Of a stretch of 64,000 nucleotides of DNA, positions 61,008 through 64,000 are shown in pieces. The notes beneath the pieces were generated by a model that saw only the letters and a list, made by a program, of their open reading frames with translations, ran no database searches and was not told the origin of the DNA. A program made the position numbers and the translations under genes. The first letter of the stretch is position 1; each line of letters begins with the position of its first letter. Source of the DNA: Elsinoe ampelina (lineage: Eukaryota); the NCBI GenBank assembly GCA_010093995.1, contig ML992511.1:566745-630744 (forward strand), written 5' to 3'.

Positions 61008-63524
61008 TCATCTCCTGTACCTGCTCCCTCTGTCCCTCTCCCGCTCCCGCTCCCTCTCCCTCTCCCTCTCCCTCTCCCTGTCTCTCTCTCTTGCCCTATC
61101 GCGCTCACGATCACGACGACTATCTCTCTCATCCTCCCTATCCCTCTCTCTGCGCCTCGGTGGCTCCCGGTCCCGCTCTCTCTCCCTATCGTCACGATGC
61201 TTGTCCTTCCCTCTATCCCGGTCTCTATCTCTATCATCCCGGTGACGATGCCTGTCCCTCTCGTCTTCCCGGTCTCTTCTCCGATCATCCCTCTCCCTCT
61301 CCCTCTCCCTCTCTCGGTACCTGTCCCTACTACTAGGACGGTCACGAGATCTGTCTCTCGCCCGATCAGCAGCTCGGTCCCTTGCCCGATCCCGATCCCT
61401 TTCAGCTGGTGTGTCCCGACTACTCTCCCGATCCTGTTCTCTGTCCAGGACTGCCGCAACAGACTGCGATGCGGTGGTGGTGTTGGTGGGTCTGGCTGGG
61501 CGTTCTATGACCTCCTCATATTCTTCCCATTCTTCTTTGAAGTAGCTCGCCACCGTATCCTTCTCATCGTGGGCTCGCTGCTCGTCGAGCATGTATCGTA
61601 CCGTACCATTCCGTTGCTCGACTTGTCGGCTGCGGACTGGACCTCCGATGCTGGGAGATACGATAGGCGCACTGTCTGGCTGTGCTGGAGATTGCTGGAC
61701 TGTGGAAGGGGCGTTGAGGGGTGTAGCGGGCGATGTCGGCGTTGCTTTGGTGCCATTTGTGCCATTGCCATTGGCTTTGGCTGTCTCATCGGGTGAGTCG
61801 TCGTTCCATTCCGTGAATCGGGGCAAATCTGCCGATGTGGCCTCCTTGTTGAGCTCAATGCGCACATTAATGAAAGTGTCGAATGTGTGATCTGGTCCAA
61901 CAGTCGTCAAGTTACGGTGGTGGGTGTATAGCTCGAGTAGATCAAGCATAGTCTCCATGAGTTCCGCTCTGCTGGTGCCCCACTTCTCCTTCAGTGCAGT
62001 CTCGTCACCAAGCTTGGACGTCAGAGTGTCCAGCGGAGCATTGAACAGTCTCGCTGCAAGCTCTACGCATGCAAGACCCATGGTGGACGACGTCTGCTTG
62101 ATCGGCGCGAATGTGCGGTAAAGGTCCAGACATGCTTTGTACGCAGTTTTGCCCACAGTCTCGCGATCGAGCCCGCCAAGACGAGTGAACTTGATGACCC
62201 ATTCTTGAGGATTGCGGTTTCTAAAATCAAACCCTGAAGATTCGAGCATCAGCCGCTCCAGTCCGACCAGTCGCTTCGAGGGCTCCTCGAAAATCTGCCA
62301 ACGTCAGTGGTCTCCAAGAAGCGGGAAATGCATACATACTGCATCGTCCGGCGTCAGCTGCTCAGCTAGTGATACTTTGAGGTTGTAGGCCGCGCAAAGA
62401 ATATCTCGAGACTTCTTCAGGGTGTCTTCGATCTTGCAAGCTGTGAAGAGAGCAGCCGCCGCAGCGTCCTGTTTGCATGTCAGGAATTGCCATCATTGAA
62501 GAACACGGACAAAACCTACCACGTTCATATACTCGGACTCATTATGTGCGAGACGAAACCGATGGTAATACACTACGGCCGTCATATACGTCTTCACTGG
62601 CCTGGCATTGAAGTCAGCTTTTGCGCCCGTCACATGTTTGCCTGTCCCGCAAGCAGATCTCCAAGATCTGATAACTTACAATTGCAACGCCTTCCTGACA
62701 TTGTCTATCCAAGCAACGCCCTGCAACCTGATATTAATGTCGCGCGCCTCGCTACCACCATTTGCCTCGATGGATTTCTGAATCGATTGCTCAAACATGT
62801 ACGGCTTAGCGACCTGGACGAATGACGGGTGCGGACCGATACCGCCGTATAAGCCATTTTCATGCGTCTCGACGGGCACGGCGGGAACCATGTCGTCTGT
62901 CGGCGCTGGGCTCAGAGAGGCCCTGGGAGGTGAGGACGGAGCGAAGAGTGTTGGAGAGGTGCAGGTGGTTTGTCGAAGCGAGATTGAGTCTTGACCTCGG
63001 TTCAACTTGCCGTCCGCGTCTTTGTTGATGTTGCTCTTTGCCTCCTGCCTCACTTCACCGTTTGATGTTCTATTCCTGCTCGCCGAGTGCTTTGTGTCGT
63101 TGTGTGTCGTCGGTGTACGTGGAGAACGCCAGCTGATGTTCTCGTGGTGAAGTGGATGTTCTTGCTGGATCCCGAGTGGAATTGCGTTGACACTGGAGAT
63201 AGCATGGCCGCTGGGTGTGAGAAGCGGTGGCATGCTCTGTACATGCGCGCTTTTGTGCTGGATCGGCTGATGCACTTGTTGGTTCTGGTATGCCGCTGGA
63301 TTGTAGGCAGATTGCGCGTGTGGCGGCTGCCCGAATGGCGGTAGATGAGAGTTTGCTGGAGGCTGTGGACCCACGACTGGTGTGCTTTTAACAAACTGCA
63401 GCTGCTGTGCCATATAATGAGGAATTTGCTGATCGCTTTGTGGATGCTGCCATTTGCAAGCACTGCCATAGTTGCAGCGACCTCTAGCCCAGTATGGGCA
63501 GACGACGGGTGCTTGACCGACCAT
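61008..63524 (-). CDS. CTK2: CTD-kinase cyclin (Ctk2/cyclin K-like) with RE/RD-repeat tail and in-frame N-terminal CCCH zinc finger, multi-exon
   Basis: It has HPSFVQVAKPYMFEQ, LQGVAWIDNVRKALQL, AAALFTACKIEDTLKKSRDIL, MLESSGFDFRNR and DLYRTFAPIKQ. Several short introns lie between ~62295 and 62680. Confidence 0.88.
61030..61400. repeat. Low-complexity CT-rich coding repeat (Arg-Glu/Arg-Asp dipeptides on minus strand)
   Basis: TCCCTC/TCTC/TCCCGA iterations encode the RERERE/RDRDR tail of the cyclin. Confidence 0.8.
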
Positions 63525-64000
63525 GGCGGCACCCTGCGTCGAGAAGCCAGGTCACTGGAGTCTTCGATGCAGAGAAGTCGCAATATCAACGACACGAGAC
63601 CAGGTGGTAGATCGAGAACATGTTTTGTGAATGTGAAGATGCAAGGCAGGGACACATCTGCTTAATGGCAGGACTTTCTTCACGTCCCGTCCCACATTCA
63701 CATGCCGAACAGGACATGGCAGCAAGCTAAGCATGGACCAAACGCCGTTCATTAACCAGTCCGACAACTAGCATAGGTCGGCACAACGGGTACTCTACTC
63801 CAGTATCTACGCTGTGCATCTCCATCCAGGGTATCTATCCTTTCATCCGTCTTGAGAGCTCTGCTCGAGCGATACATGTGCTGTGCTGTATTGTTTTGAC
63901 TTAGGTGTAGATACTCTCCGTATAGGCATTGACCTGCAAGCCCTTCTCCGCCATCTCTGCGTCCTGTAAGAAGAGCAGTGGCATCCATACGAGATGGCCC

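Noticed and set aside
1..64000. CRISPR arrays, rRNA genes or prokaryotic defence systems
   Set aside because: This is intron-containing eukaryotic DNA, and no regularly spaced direct repeats or rRNA-like sequence were seen.

Overview
Gene-dense genomic DNA from a filamentous ascomycete (Pezizomycotina). This is inferred from short GT-AG introns with CTRAC branch sites and a transposon relic damaged by repeat-induced point mutation (RIP). The window opens with a RIP-mutated Ty1/copia retrotransposon 3' end and a probable LTR. A housekeeping block follows: a thioredoxin-like membrane protein, RRN7, eIF5A, VPS52, a GYF-domain protein, a DUF726 protein and TSR1. Between TSR1 and transportin (KAP104) lie four co-oriented accessory genes: a vanadium chloroperoxidase, a covalent-FAD (BBE-like) oxidase, a cupin and an MFS transporter. 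This is a candidate halogenation module that could supply its own H2O2. Next come SSH4, a FAD-dependent oxidoreductase and EAF3, whose unusually long intron seems to hold a TATA box and an in-frame alternative start. After these are a PTH11-like membrane protein, a BYS1-like secreted protein, a P450 and a DUF2306 protein. An island of small orphan genes follows, including a divergent pair of beta-rich proteins and a gene split by one in-frame TGA. The window ends with a CTK2-like cyclin carrying an in-frame N-terminal CCCH zinc finger. All calls come from reading motifs by eye and no database searches were run. CDS coordinates span introns.
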